NCBI GenBank assembly: GCA_963816145.1 | Contig: CAWFJP010000011.1 | Coordinates: 288,001 to 352,000 of the forward strand | Direction: 5' to 3' | DNA: 64,000 nt | Origin: an uncultured delta proteobacterium | GTDB lineage: Bacteria > Desulfobacterota > Binatia > UBA9968 | Shown: positions 1-8,496 of the stretch, piece by piece | How positions within the stretch are numbered: position 1 is the stretch's first letter | How the letters are laid out: each line of letters opens with the position of its first letter | The notes under the pieces: generated by a model | The model's input: the letters and a program-made list of their open reading frames with translations, nothing else | Databases searched by the model: none | Told to the model about the DNA's origin: nothing | Translations under genes and position numbers: made by a program

Positions 1-11
1 GAGAAATCGTT

Positions 12-662
12 GTGACTGAGATCATGAATTGGATCATGGACTCCATCCGCGCCTACGGGCCTTGGAGTGTCTTTGCCGGCGTCATTATCGAATCGGTGAT
101 CGTGCCGATCCCGTCGCCGCTGATCATCATGGGCGCGGGCTTTATCTTGATCGGCGCCGATTTGACGTTTTTCCAAGCTCTGATGCCGATTTTGCTGCAG
201 ATCGTCCTGCCCGGCGCCGTCGCTTCAACCTTGGGCGCCTACATCGGTTACGCCATCGGTTACTGCGGCGGCAAACCGATGGTCGACCGCTGGGAGAGGT
301 TTCTCGGATTTAGTTGGAAAGATGTCGAAGCGTTGGAGCAACGCTTTCGCGACGGCCAGGTTCATACGACGGTCTTTTTTCTGCGCGCCCTGCCGATTTT
401 CCCGTTGTCGGTGATCTCCGCGGCGGCGGGTTTGCTGCGTTTGCCGTTAAAGCAATTCAGCCTCTGGACGTTCTACGGCGCTATTCCCCGCTGCTTGCTG
501 CTTGGTTATCTCGGCTGGGGTCTGGGCGAAACCTACCAAGGCATCGCCAAAGGCATCGACAAAGCGGAAGGAATTGTCTCGGGGATTCTCGTCGTCGCGA
601 TCATGGGGGTCATCATTTGGCTGCGCTCCCGCGTGCGCGGCAAGATACTCGATAACGGCTAA
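12..662 (+). CDS. DedA/VTT-domain membrane protein
   Basis: ESVIVPIPS motif, GxxxGY..GY..G segment, FFLRALPIFP..IS.AAG and hydrophobic helices typical of DedA. Confidence 0.85.
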   Translation: MTEIMNWIMDSIRAYGPWSVFAGVIIESVIVPIPSPLIIMGAGFILIGADLTFFQALMPILLQIVLPGAVASTLGAYIGYAIGYCGGKPMVDRWERFLGFSWKDVEALEQRFRDGQVHTTVFFLRALPIFPLSVISAAAGLLRLPLKQFSLWTFYGAIPRCLLLGYLGWGLGETYQGIAKGIDKAEGIVSGILVVAIMGVIIWLRSRVRGKILDNG

Positions 663-686
663 GCCCGGATCACCCGACAGCACTGG

Positions 687-1397
687 CTAGAACCAGTGCT
701 GCTCGGAGCCGATTTTCCAGCCAAGAATGAGTCCGAATCCGATGCTGGCAAATCCCGCGATCACCCGTATCCAACGGTTCATCACTGAAAAGCGCTGCGC
801 CGTCAGGATGAATGGCAAGCCGATGATGCCGCTCAAAAGCAACATTCCGCCCACTGAGCCCAGACCGAATATGACAATGTAAGCCAGCCCCGCGAGCGGC
901 GATGGAATCGTGCCGAGGACAAGCAACATCAACGCCGCGCTGCCGGCCAGACCATGCACCATGCCGACGAAAAACGGCCGGCGCATGGCTTTGAACGGAT
1001 GGCTGTGGCGATGATCCTGCTGCGGTTTTTCATGCACGTGAAAATGGCTGTGGGTTTCCGGATTATGTGTATGGGTATGCAAATGAACTTGCGCGGGGCC
1101 GAAGGTGCGCCACAAGACGTTCAGTCCGAGCACCACCAACATGATCGCGACCAGAAACTCGAGACCGGCCGCTACCGAGTCGGAAATCGTCACGCGCAAA
1201 CCGATAACCAGCAGGCCGACGAGAAACAACGTCGTCGTGTGGCCTAGACCCCAAAAGGCGCCGATCAACGACGCCCACTTGAAGTTTTTATGCTCGCTGA
1301 CGATGGTCGACACTGCGATCAAGTGATCGGGATCGAGCGCATGTTGAATGCCCAGTAGCAGGCCTAAACCGAAGGCGGCGTAAAGCGAAGCTTCCAT
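687..1397 (-). CDS. Ni/Co permease (UreH/NicO-RcnA-like)
   Basis: HALDPDH, WGLGHT and GMVHGLAGS motifs with a His-rich loop (HLHTHTH..HSHFHVH); start moved to the ATG at 1397. Confidence 0.85.
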   Translation of the reverse strand: MEASLYAAFGLGLLLGIQHALDPDHLIAVSTIVSEHKNFKWASLIGAFWGLGHTTTLFLVGLLVIGLRVTISDSVAAGLEFLVAIMLVVLGLNVLWRTFGPAQVHLHTHTHNPETHSHFHVHEKPQQDHRHSHPFKAMRRPFFVGMVHGLAGSAALMLLVLGTIPSPLAGLAYIVIFGLGSVGGMLLLSGIIGLPFILTAQRFSVMNRWIRVIAGFASIGFGLILGWKIGSEQHWF

Positions 1398-1482
1398 GGT
1401 GTCAAGCGAGACAGAGTGACGAAACAGAGATCGCGATCCTCGAAGCCCTTCGAGTTGCAAGCGTTATCTCTGTCTCAATTCT

Positions 1483-1911
1483 CTATCTCCGTAGTGGTTG
1501 GCCGGTCTGGGTGCCGATCCATACTTCGCCGCCCTCATAAACCTCTTTCTTCCAGATCGGCACGGTCTTCTTGATCTCTTCGATGGCGAAGCGGCTGGCG
1601 TCAAACGCGGCCTCGCGGTGGGCCGAGGAGACAGCGATAATCACGCTCGCCTCGCCGATCTGCACCGGGCCTAAGCGATGGACGATCGCCAGGCGGCGGA
1701 TCTGCCATTTTTGCGCCGCCTCGGCGCCGATGCGCGCCAGTTCCTTCTCCGCCATCTCAGGATAGGCCTCGTATTCCAGCGCGATCACTTTGCGCCCTTC
1801 GTTGTTGTTGCGCGTAGTGCCGATGAAGGTAGCGATGGCGCCGGCTTCAGCATCGGTGACGTAACGCACCAGTTCAGCGAGATCGATCGGCTTACTTTGC
1901 ACGCGAAACAT
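1483..1911 (-). CDS. moaE: molybdopterin synthase catalytic subunit
   Basis: LEYEAY, HRLG, SSAHR and KKTVPIWKKE motifs. Confidence 0.95.
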   Translation of the reverse strand: MFRVQSKPIDLAELVRYVTDAEAGAIATFIGTTRNNNEGRKVIALEYEAYPEMAEKELARIGAEAAQKWQIRRLAIVHRLGPVQIGEASVIIAVSSAHREAAFDASRFAIEEIKKTVPIWKKEVYEGGEVWIGTQTGQPLRR

Positions 1912-1917
1912 ATTTTA

Positions 1918-2163
1918 TCAGCCTCCACTCACCGGAGGGATGAACACCACTTCGTCGCCATCACGCAACGTATCGTTAGATCCGACATAGTTCTGGTTGA
2001 CGGCGTAGAGCAGCCGAATGCCTGGGACATCGAGCTGGGGAAATTGTTTCTGCAAACCGCGCCACAGATCGGCCACTGTGGCGCCTTCGCTGAGTTCCTG
2101 AATCACTTCGGCAGTCCCGGCGCGCTCGCGCAGGATCGCGAAGAACTTCACGCGAACTTTCAT
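1918..2163 (-). CDS. moaD: molybdopterin synthase sulfur carrier subunit
   Basis: 81-aa ubiquitin-like protein ending PPVSGG; adjacent to moaE. Confidence 0.95.
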   Translation of the reverse strand: MKVRVKFFAILRERAGTAEVIQELSEGATVADLWRGLQKQFPQLDVPGIRLLYAVNQNYVGSNDTLRDGDEVVFIPPVSGG

Positions 2164-2666
2164 TTTCCTTGGAGCTGCGAAACCATATGGCGAATTTCCG
2201 GCAGAATCAGCTTCTCCATTGCCAAGCTCACTGCGCCGTTCGATCCCGGTAGCGAGATCAACACTTTGCCGCGCGCCGTTCCGGCGGCGGCCCGGCTCAT
2301 AATCGCCGCCGAACCAATGTCGAGATAACTCAAATAGCGAAAGATCTCACCGAAGCCGTCAAGCTTTTTATCGAGATAGCGGCTGACCACTTCGTAAGTG
2401 CCGTCCCGCGGCGCGATGCCGGTACCGCCATTGACGATCACCGCTTCGACGTCGCTGGTTCCGAGCGCTTGGTTGAGCAACGCCTCGATCTCTACCGGCT
2501 CGTCTTTGACGATCCGGTAGCCCGCGGTCTGATGCCCTTCGCCGGTGAGAAACCGCGTGATCGTTTGGCCGCTCGTGTCGGTGCTTTCGTCGCGCGTATC
2601 GCTCACCGTGATGACAAAACAGCGCACGCTTTTCTTGGCTTTCTCTTTATGCTCGTGGACCGACAT
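2160..2666 (-). CDS. moaB: molybdenum cofactor biosynthesis protein MoaB/MogA family
   Basis: ITVSD, DTSG, NGGTGIAPRD, SRAAAG and SLPGS motifs; start at ATG 2666. Confidence 0.9.
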   Translation of the reverse strand: MSVHEHKEKAKKSVRCFVITVSDTRDESTDTSGQTITRFLTGEGHQTAGYRIVKDEPVEIEALLNQALGTSDVEAVIVNGGTGIAPRDGTYEVVSRYLDKKLDGFGEIFRYLSYLDIGSAAIMSRAAAGTARGKVLISLPGSNGAVSLAMEKLILPEIRHMVSQLQGK

Positions 2667-2996
2667 AGATGCCTCGCAATGGTTTTTCACCGGCGACTAT
2701 AACAACCGACCCTGGTGAATTCAAACCAGTGAATTTTCAACTCATTTGTCATCTTCACCTTGGCGTACCGCTGCGAAAAAAGCGATCATGCCGGCCGAAG
2801 CGAATGGTCCAGCCAAGATCATCCGCATCCGAAGATTTTGGTCCATGGTTCGCGGAGTCAGGCCGATTCATAAATCTTCCCCCCTTAGAACACGCAACCA
2901 ACCGGCTCTCTCGTTGCGCGGCGAGTCTCTGCTCCAGTCAATCACGGCAATTAACGGATTGAACTCCTCCGTGCCGAGCTCTAGGATAGGAGTAGC

Positions 2997-4157
2997 ATGA
3001 AGAGCGAGCCCTTTTCACTCTACATTCACATACCCTACTGCGTCAGCAAGTGTCCGTACTGCGACTTCAATTCCCATGTGGTGGCGCAGATCCCGGAAGA
3101 CGGCTATACCGACGCACTGTTGCGCGAGCTGGAGTATTTCGGAGACCAGGCGGGCTGGCGCGGCCGCACACTGCAAAGCATCTTCTTCGGCGGCGGCACG
3201 CCGTCGACCTTCAAACCCACCAGCATCGGCAAACTGCTGGCGTGGGCGGCCGCGACCTTCCCCATCGCCAACGACTGCGAGATCACCATGGAGGCCAATC
3301 CCGGCACGGTCGACGCCGCCAACTTCGCCGGCTACCGCGACGCCGGCGTCAATCGCATCAGCATCGGCGTGCAGTCGTTCCAGCCGAAACTACTGAGATT
3401 TTTGGGCCGAATCCATTCGGCCGACGAAGCCAAGAAAGCGTTGAACGTCGTCAAACAGTCCGGCTTTGAAAACTTTAGCTTCGACTTGATGTATGCTAAC
3501 CCAGGGCAAACTCTGGCCGATCTCGAAGCCGATCTCGACACCGCTCTGACATTTCAGCCACCTCACTTATCGGCTTACAATCTCACGTTCGAGGAGGGCA
3601 CGCCCTTCCATCATGAGTACAGTGCCGGCCGAATGGCGAATCTAAACGAGGACGAAGAGATCGCGATGGCGGAGCTGATCGATACCAAACTCGGCGCCGC
3701 CGGCTTGAAACGATACGAGATCTCCAACTATGCCCGCCCCTGGTTTCACTCGCGCCACAATGTGAACTATTGGCATTGCGGCGATTATTTAGGCCTCGGT
3801 GCCGGGGCGCATAGTTACCAGCGCAACGACGATGGCATCACCGGACAACGCTGGAACAATGAAAAAAATCCGGCCAAGTACATCGCCCAGATCGACGAAA
3901 GCCGTCATGCCATGATTGAACGTGAAACTATCGACTCTCACAAAGCCGCAGCCGAGTTCATGTTCCTCGGCCTGCGCATGACCGAGGGCATCCGTCTCGA
4001 TATTTTTCGTCAACGCTTCGGCCAAACACCGCTGGAATTATATCCCCAGATCGACACCTGGATCGGCAGCGATCTGTTGGTGGAGAACGGGGGATTTTTG
4101 CGCTTCACAGCCAAAGGACTTATGCTTGCCAACTCGATCTTCGTGCATTTCATGTAA
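2997..4157 (+). CDS. hemW: radical SAM heme chaperone HemW
   Basis: YIHIPYCVSKCPYCDFNS, GGGTPS, YEISNY and the HemW-type HNxxYW motif; RBS GGAG upstream. Confidence 0.9.
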   Translation: MKSEPFSLYIHIPYCVSKCPYCDFNSHVVAQIPEDGYTDALLRELEYFGDQAGWRGRTLQSIFFGGGTPSTFKPTSIGKLLAWAAATFPIANDCEITMEANPGTVDAANFAGYRDAGVNRISIGVQSFQPKLLRFLGRIHSADEAKKALNVVKQSGFENFSFDLMYANPGQTLADLEADLDTALTFQPPHLSAYNLTFEEGTPFHHEYSAGRMANLNEDEEIAMAELIDTKLGAAGLKRYEISNYARPWFHSRHNVNYWHCGDYLGLGAGAHSYQRNDDGITGQRWNNEKNPAKYIAQIDESRHAMIERETIDSHKAAAEFMFLGLRMTEGIRLDIFRQRFGQTPLELYPQIDTWIGSDLLVENGGFLRFTAKGLMLANSIFVHFM

Positions 4158-4208
4158 GGGCGACTGGCTGGTTGCCCGTAGCAAAAAACTCATTCTCTGG
4201 AGGACGCT

Positions 4209-5385
4209 ATGACCACCGTGGACTTGAACAAAATCCGCATCGATCATATCGGTAGCTTAGTGCGCCCGGCAAAGCTTAAAGAGGTCTTTGTCCGCTTCGA
4301 CCGCGGCCAAGCCGACAAAGAAGAATTGGTCCAAGCGCAAGACCGGGCGATTGACGACGTCATCGCGCAGCAGGAAAACCACGGCTATCCCGTCGTCACC
4401 GACGGCGAATTTCGCCGCCACAGTTTTCAAGAGAGTTTTTCCGAATGCGTCAGCGGCTTCGACGTGCCGAAAAATATCAATCTTTACTACGAAAAGCGCG
4501 AGTTGAACGAAAGCCCGCTTGAGCGGGCCGAGCAGAATTTTGAAGAAGCCGGACCGGCAATCATCACCCGGCGCGGCGCGGTCGAGCGCTTGAAGGCGGT
4601 GCGCAACCTGCCTATGGAGGAATTTCGCTACGCCCAGAGCGTTGCCAAAGTACCCGCAAAAGTGACGATCCTGGGCCCCGACCGCATCGCCCAACGTTTC
4701 AAATGGGAAGGATCGCTAAACGTCTACAAAGGGCTCGACGACTTTGTCGAGCATATCGTCGAGATCGAGCGTCAGATGATCGCCCAATTGGTCAACGCCG
4801 GCTGCAAATACATTCAGATCGATGCCCCTGGCTACACCGCCTACGTCGACAAAGTATCGCTGGAGCGAATGCGCTCGCGCGGCGAAGATCCGGCGAGAAA
4901 CTTCCAACGCTCCATCGACGCCGACAACGCGCTCATCGAAGGCTTTCCCGGTGTCACCTTCGGCATCCACATCTGCCGCGGCAACGCCCGCACCATCGAT
5001 CCCAAGACCGGCAAGTTGGTCCCCCAATGGCACCGCGAAGGCTCCTACGACGCCATCGCCGAAAAACTATTCAACACGCTCAAACACCAAAGGATTACTG
5101 TTGGAATACGACAGCGACCGCGCCGGCGGCTTCGAACCGTTGCGCCTGGTGCCGAGAGACAAAATCGTCGTGCTCGGCTTGGTCTCGACGAAAAACTCCG
5201 ACATGGAAAGCGTCGACGATTTGAAACGGCGCATCGACCAAGCGAGCAAACACCTGCCGCTCGATCAACTGGCGTTGAGCCCGCAGTGCGGCTTCGGCGG
5301 TATCGACTCGAAGGTGCTGAGCGAATCGGCAATGTGGACCAAATTGGATACGATCGTGAAGACGGCGCGACAGGTGTGGAATTAG
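4209..5385 (+). CDS. cobalamin-independent methionine synthase II family protein (single catalytic domain), frameshifted near 5090
   Basis: DHIGSLVRP, TDGEFRR and HICRGN in the first frame; LLEYD, LGLVSTK and SPQCGF continue in another frame to the stop at 5385; one extra base in caaaggattactg. Confidence 0.85.
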
Positions 5386-5721
5386 TGTCGTGGGTGCGGT
5401 TTTTATTATCGTTCCACCATTCTTCCGTGGACGCCAACGCCGTCAATGTTCGGGTCGATATCGACGGAGAAAAAGATAGCTCCTATAGCCCGCGCCGCCA
5501 CCATCGCTGGTGCTTTTTGTGACGCGTCTGGTTCACGGCCCGACGGTGATTGAGCCGGTTTCCTTTCTTGCAGAATCCAATCGGACCTGACAGTTTAGCG
5601 TCAAAAACACTTTCACTTAAAGGCACTCAATTCATTTCATGGCTCTAAACCCAAACAAAAGAATCTGCTTGATGGCCAGCGCCGGCTTTCAGTGCAAACC
5701 TGCAGTCCTCACCCAAAGCAA

Positions 5722-6957
5722 ATGACGAGCCGATCCATTAACAATAATTAATCTTGCAACCAGCGCTCGCTGTTGCGCGATTCTTGGTCTTTTTTGCGCA
5801 CTTGATCGGACTCATAGCTATTACCCGATTCGCACGTCCCCTCAAGTACAGGCGTCACTCACAGATTTCGTTGATTTTTGGGCGTCATCGCGCTTACTGA
5901 TCAATGGTGGAAATCCATTTTCACCTGTCGGAAGTTTTAGAGTTGCAGCAATCGGTAGGCTTTGCGCGAACCCAAACCACTTTTGATCTGGAATCCGCCG
6001 TGGACACTTTCGTTCCTTCTGCCCATTCGGCGCTATGCCCTTCCAGATTCAGCCAATTTGTGCTGGCTTATCTAATGAACGTTTTCTTCGTTCTGTTATC
6101 GGCGCAAAGCTATGGGCGATTTATTGTCACACCGTACCGACAACGCCTATTTGCCATGGATTGCCGCTTTCACGTTCGTTCCAACCTGAATGGTCTTGAT
6201 AATCGGCCAGATGTACACCGCTCGTCCTCCTAGGGATTGTCGGTTTTCTGCTACTTTGAAAGGAAAAACCAGCTTTACTGGGCGGGCGTATCAACAGTGA
6301 TCATGTCGGTCAAACCGCATTTGGTCTATCTGTTTTGGATCGGATTGATCCTTTGGATTTGGAAACAACGTCGACTGGCGGATTGCAGTCGGTGCGATCT
6401 TGGCTGGCATAATTATCGCCATCATACCGGCAATCATCGATCCAGCGATATATTTTCAGTTTCTCGAAATGTACCGATTCCCTGGACGATCGACTCCGTT
6501 TAATTTGCCGGCACCAAGCATCGGCAGTTTTCTGACGCTTTACGTTCCCCATGGGAATTTTCCGATTCAATTCCTGCCGCCGCTCCTCGGAAGTTTATGG
6601 TTTTTGTGGCATTGGGATAAACATAAGGAGCATTGGAATTGGTCGGAACAAACTCCGCTGATGATCTTGGTATCTCTCGCTTTCAGTCCTTACGCTTGGA
6701 CCTACGATCAGGTCATTCTACTTCCCGCGGTGATCCATGGTTTGTGATGGTAAAGCGGCAAAGCGGTTCGTGGTACAAATCCGGCCCGGGCCTCTTCGTA
6801 TATCGCGGCTAACGGATGCTATTTCGCAGGCAAGTTGTTTGTGACTACAGACTGCTTATTACTTCTGGCTCGCTCCGGCGTTTTTGCTGATATACCTGGG
6901 AGCCGGCACAGTTTCCCGCAGCAGCAGTTCGCTCAACGCGCTCTTAAAATTGCATAG
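5722..6957 (+). pseudogene. glycosyltransferase family 87 / DUF2029-like membrane protein, multiply frameshifted
   Basis: Fragments in alternating frames: DFVDFWASSRLLINGGNPF, LLIWNPPWTL, KPHLVYLFW, PYAWTYDQVILLP; boundaries approximate; true decay versus read errors unresolved. Confidence 0.65.
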
Positions 6958-7110
6958 ATACCCTTATCGATCGCTGCGAGAGATTTCACTGTCGGTACTG
7001 ATGGATATAGAATTTTAAACGACAACGAGCGGCGGCAAAAGCTCAATCCCGGCGAAGAGAACGACCAAATAAGCCGGACCGGTCAGGCAGCTATCGAAGA
7101 ACAGCCTCAA

Positions 7111-7389
7111 CTATCCGGTGTCACAACGACTCAGCCACTCCTCATGCACATCGACCCAGATGGTGTCGGTATCGTGGCAGGGCGACAGTTCGCTCAAATC
7201 GAATTTGACCGTGTAGAGCGGCTTGTGAATGCCGCGGTGATCGCGGACGTTTTCCAAAATGCCGTGAACTAGGCCGATGACACCGCGCTTGCCGCGGATG
7301 TAGCGTGGCGTGCGCGGATTGCCGGCTGGGTTGTCGTTGGCGACCATCACGGCGTCGCCGATTTTGTATTTGTTATTGGTCTCGCTCAT
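7111..7389 (-). CDS. nitrile hydratase beta-subunit C-terminal (SH3-like) domain protein
   Basis: GDAVMV..NPAGNPRTPRYIRGKRGVI, PLYTVKF..EL, DVHEEWL; directly downstream of an NHase alpha-like gene. Confidence 0.85.
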   Translation of the reverse strand: MSETNNKYKIGDAVMVANDNPAGNPRTPRYIRGKRGVIGLVHGILENVRDHRGIHKPLYTVKFDLSELSPCHDTDTIWVDVHEEWLSRCDTG

Positions 7390-7397
7390 AACCTTTC

Positions 7398-8471
7398 TCA
7401 ATCGGGCCGCACCCGCGGCATCTCCGGTTCGACATGGGCAGCTTCTCGCTCGCGTAGCTGCGACGGTTCGAGCGCGTAGCCGGCACCGATCAAACTATCG
7501 ACGGTGACGAGCTTGGCCAATTCCTGTTCCGACATTCCATCCGTGCCGGGAGGACGCTGCGGCAGGACGAAGTAGCGCACGTCGGAGGTGCTGTCCCAGA
7601 CCCGCATCTCCTTTTCGCGGGGAATTTCCAGCTGGAACATATCTTTGACGCAGGCGCGAGGGTTTTGCACGATGTTGGTGCGGTAGCTCTCATGCTTGTA
7701 CCACCAGGGGGTGTCGCCGAGGATGTCGTAGGGATAGCAAGAACATAATGTGCAGACGACGACGTTGTGCGTCTGCTCGGTGTTTTCGACGACAACCAAT
7801 TTGCCGACCTTCCCCTGATGTACGCCCATTTCTCTGAGCGCCTCGCGGCCGGTATCGAGCAACGCCCGTTTGAATTCCGGATCGGTCCACGCCTTCGCCA
7901 CGATCGCGCCGCCGGCCCAGGGCCGCTCTTCATGTAACTGCTTCCAACGCTGTGCCAAGTCCTCGCGCGTCGCCCAACCGCGCTGGATCAAGGCTTGGAC
8001 AAAGACCTCGAGCAATCCGTTATAATCGGTCAAATCCTGCTGCAAGTTCACCATGCGCTCTTCGAGCGTGCCGTGATGCTCTTTCTTTTTAATTTTGAAA
8101 AAATCGTCGTAGTCGCCCCGCTCCTTGCGATTGTCCTCGGTGACCATGTCCATGCCTTCGACGGTGCGCGCCGAGACCAGGGCGATGCCCTTGACGTATT
8201 CATCGAGCCACTCTTCGAGATGACGCACGCGAGCTTCGATATTCTTTCCCTGAGGCTTGGCGATCTTGAAGAAATGATCCCTCTTCTTAAGCGTCGAGCG
8301 CACTTTGAGCAAATCGTAAAACGTCACGACGTTGCGCCGCAGTAAATAAAAAAGCCGTGGCTCGAAGCGCTTGGCGCGGTAATACTCTAAGTCTTCCTCG
8401 ACGGCCTTAACATGCGCCACGTAATCATGCATGTGGCCTTCGAACGGCTTGTGGCCATGTTTTCCTGACAT
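7398..8471 (-). CDS. nitrile hydratase alpha / thiocyanate hydrolase gamma-like subunit with ~150-aa N-terminal extension
   Basis: IVAKAWTDPEFK, VVCTLCSCYP (Co-type metal site), PWWYK..YR, YFVLPQRP.GT..MSEQELAKLVT.DSLIG. Confidence 0.9.
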   Translation of the reverse strand: MSGKHGHKPFEGHMHDYVAHVKAVEEDLEYYRAKRFEPRLFYLLRRNVVTFYDLLKVRSTLKKRDHFFKIAKPQGKNIEARVRHLEEWLDEYVKGIALVSARTVEGMDMVTEDNRKERGDYDDFFKIKKKEHHGTLEERMVNLQQDLTDYNGLLEVFVQALIQRGWATREDLAQRWKQLHEERPWAGGAIVAKAWTDPEFKRALLDTGREALREMGVHQGKVGKLVVVENTEQTHNVVVCTLCSCYPYDILGDTPWWYKHESYRTNIVQNPRACVKDMFQLEIPREKEMRVWDSTSDVRYFVLPQRPPGTDGMSEQELAKLVTVDSLIGAGYALEPSQLREREAAHVEPEMPRVRPD

Positions 8472-8496
8472 CTGGCTTCCTCCGCGTAACTTCGCT

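Noticed and set aside
665-677. CCGGATCACCCGA, reverse complement of the SBP tail core
   Set aside because: Only 13 bp in GC-rich DNA with no flanking SBP similarity; probably chance
5080-5100. Programmed ribosomal frameshift in the methionine synthase-like gene
   Set aside because: No canonical slippery heptamer, and similar +1 insertions recur across unrelated genes, which points to read error
7398-8471. NHLP-type RiPP precursor
   Set aside because: The metal-binding CxxCSC region is intact, there is no Gly-Gly core peptide, and no RiPP maturases are nearby
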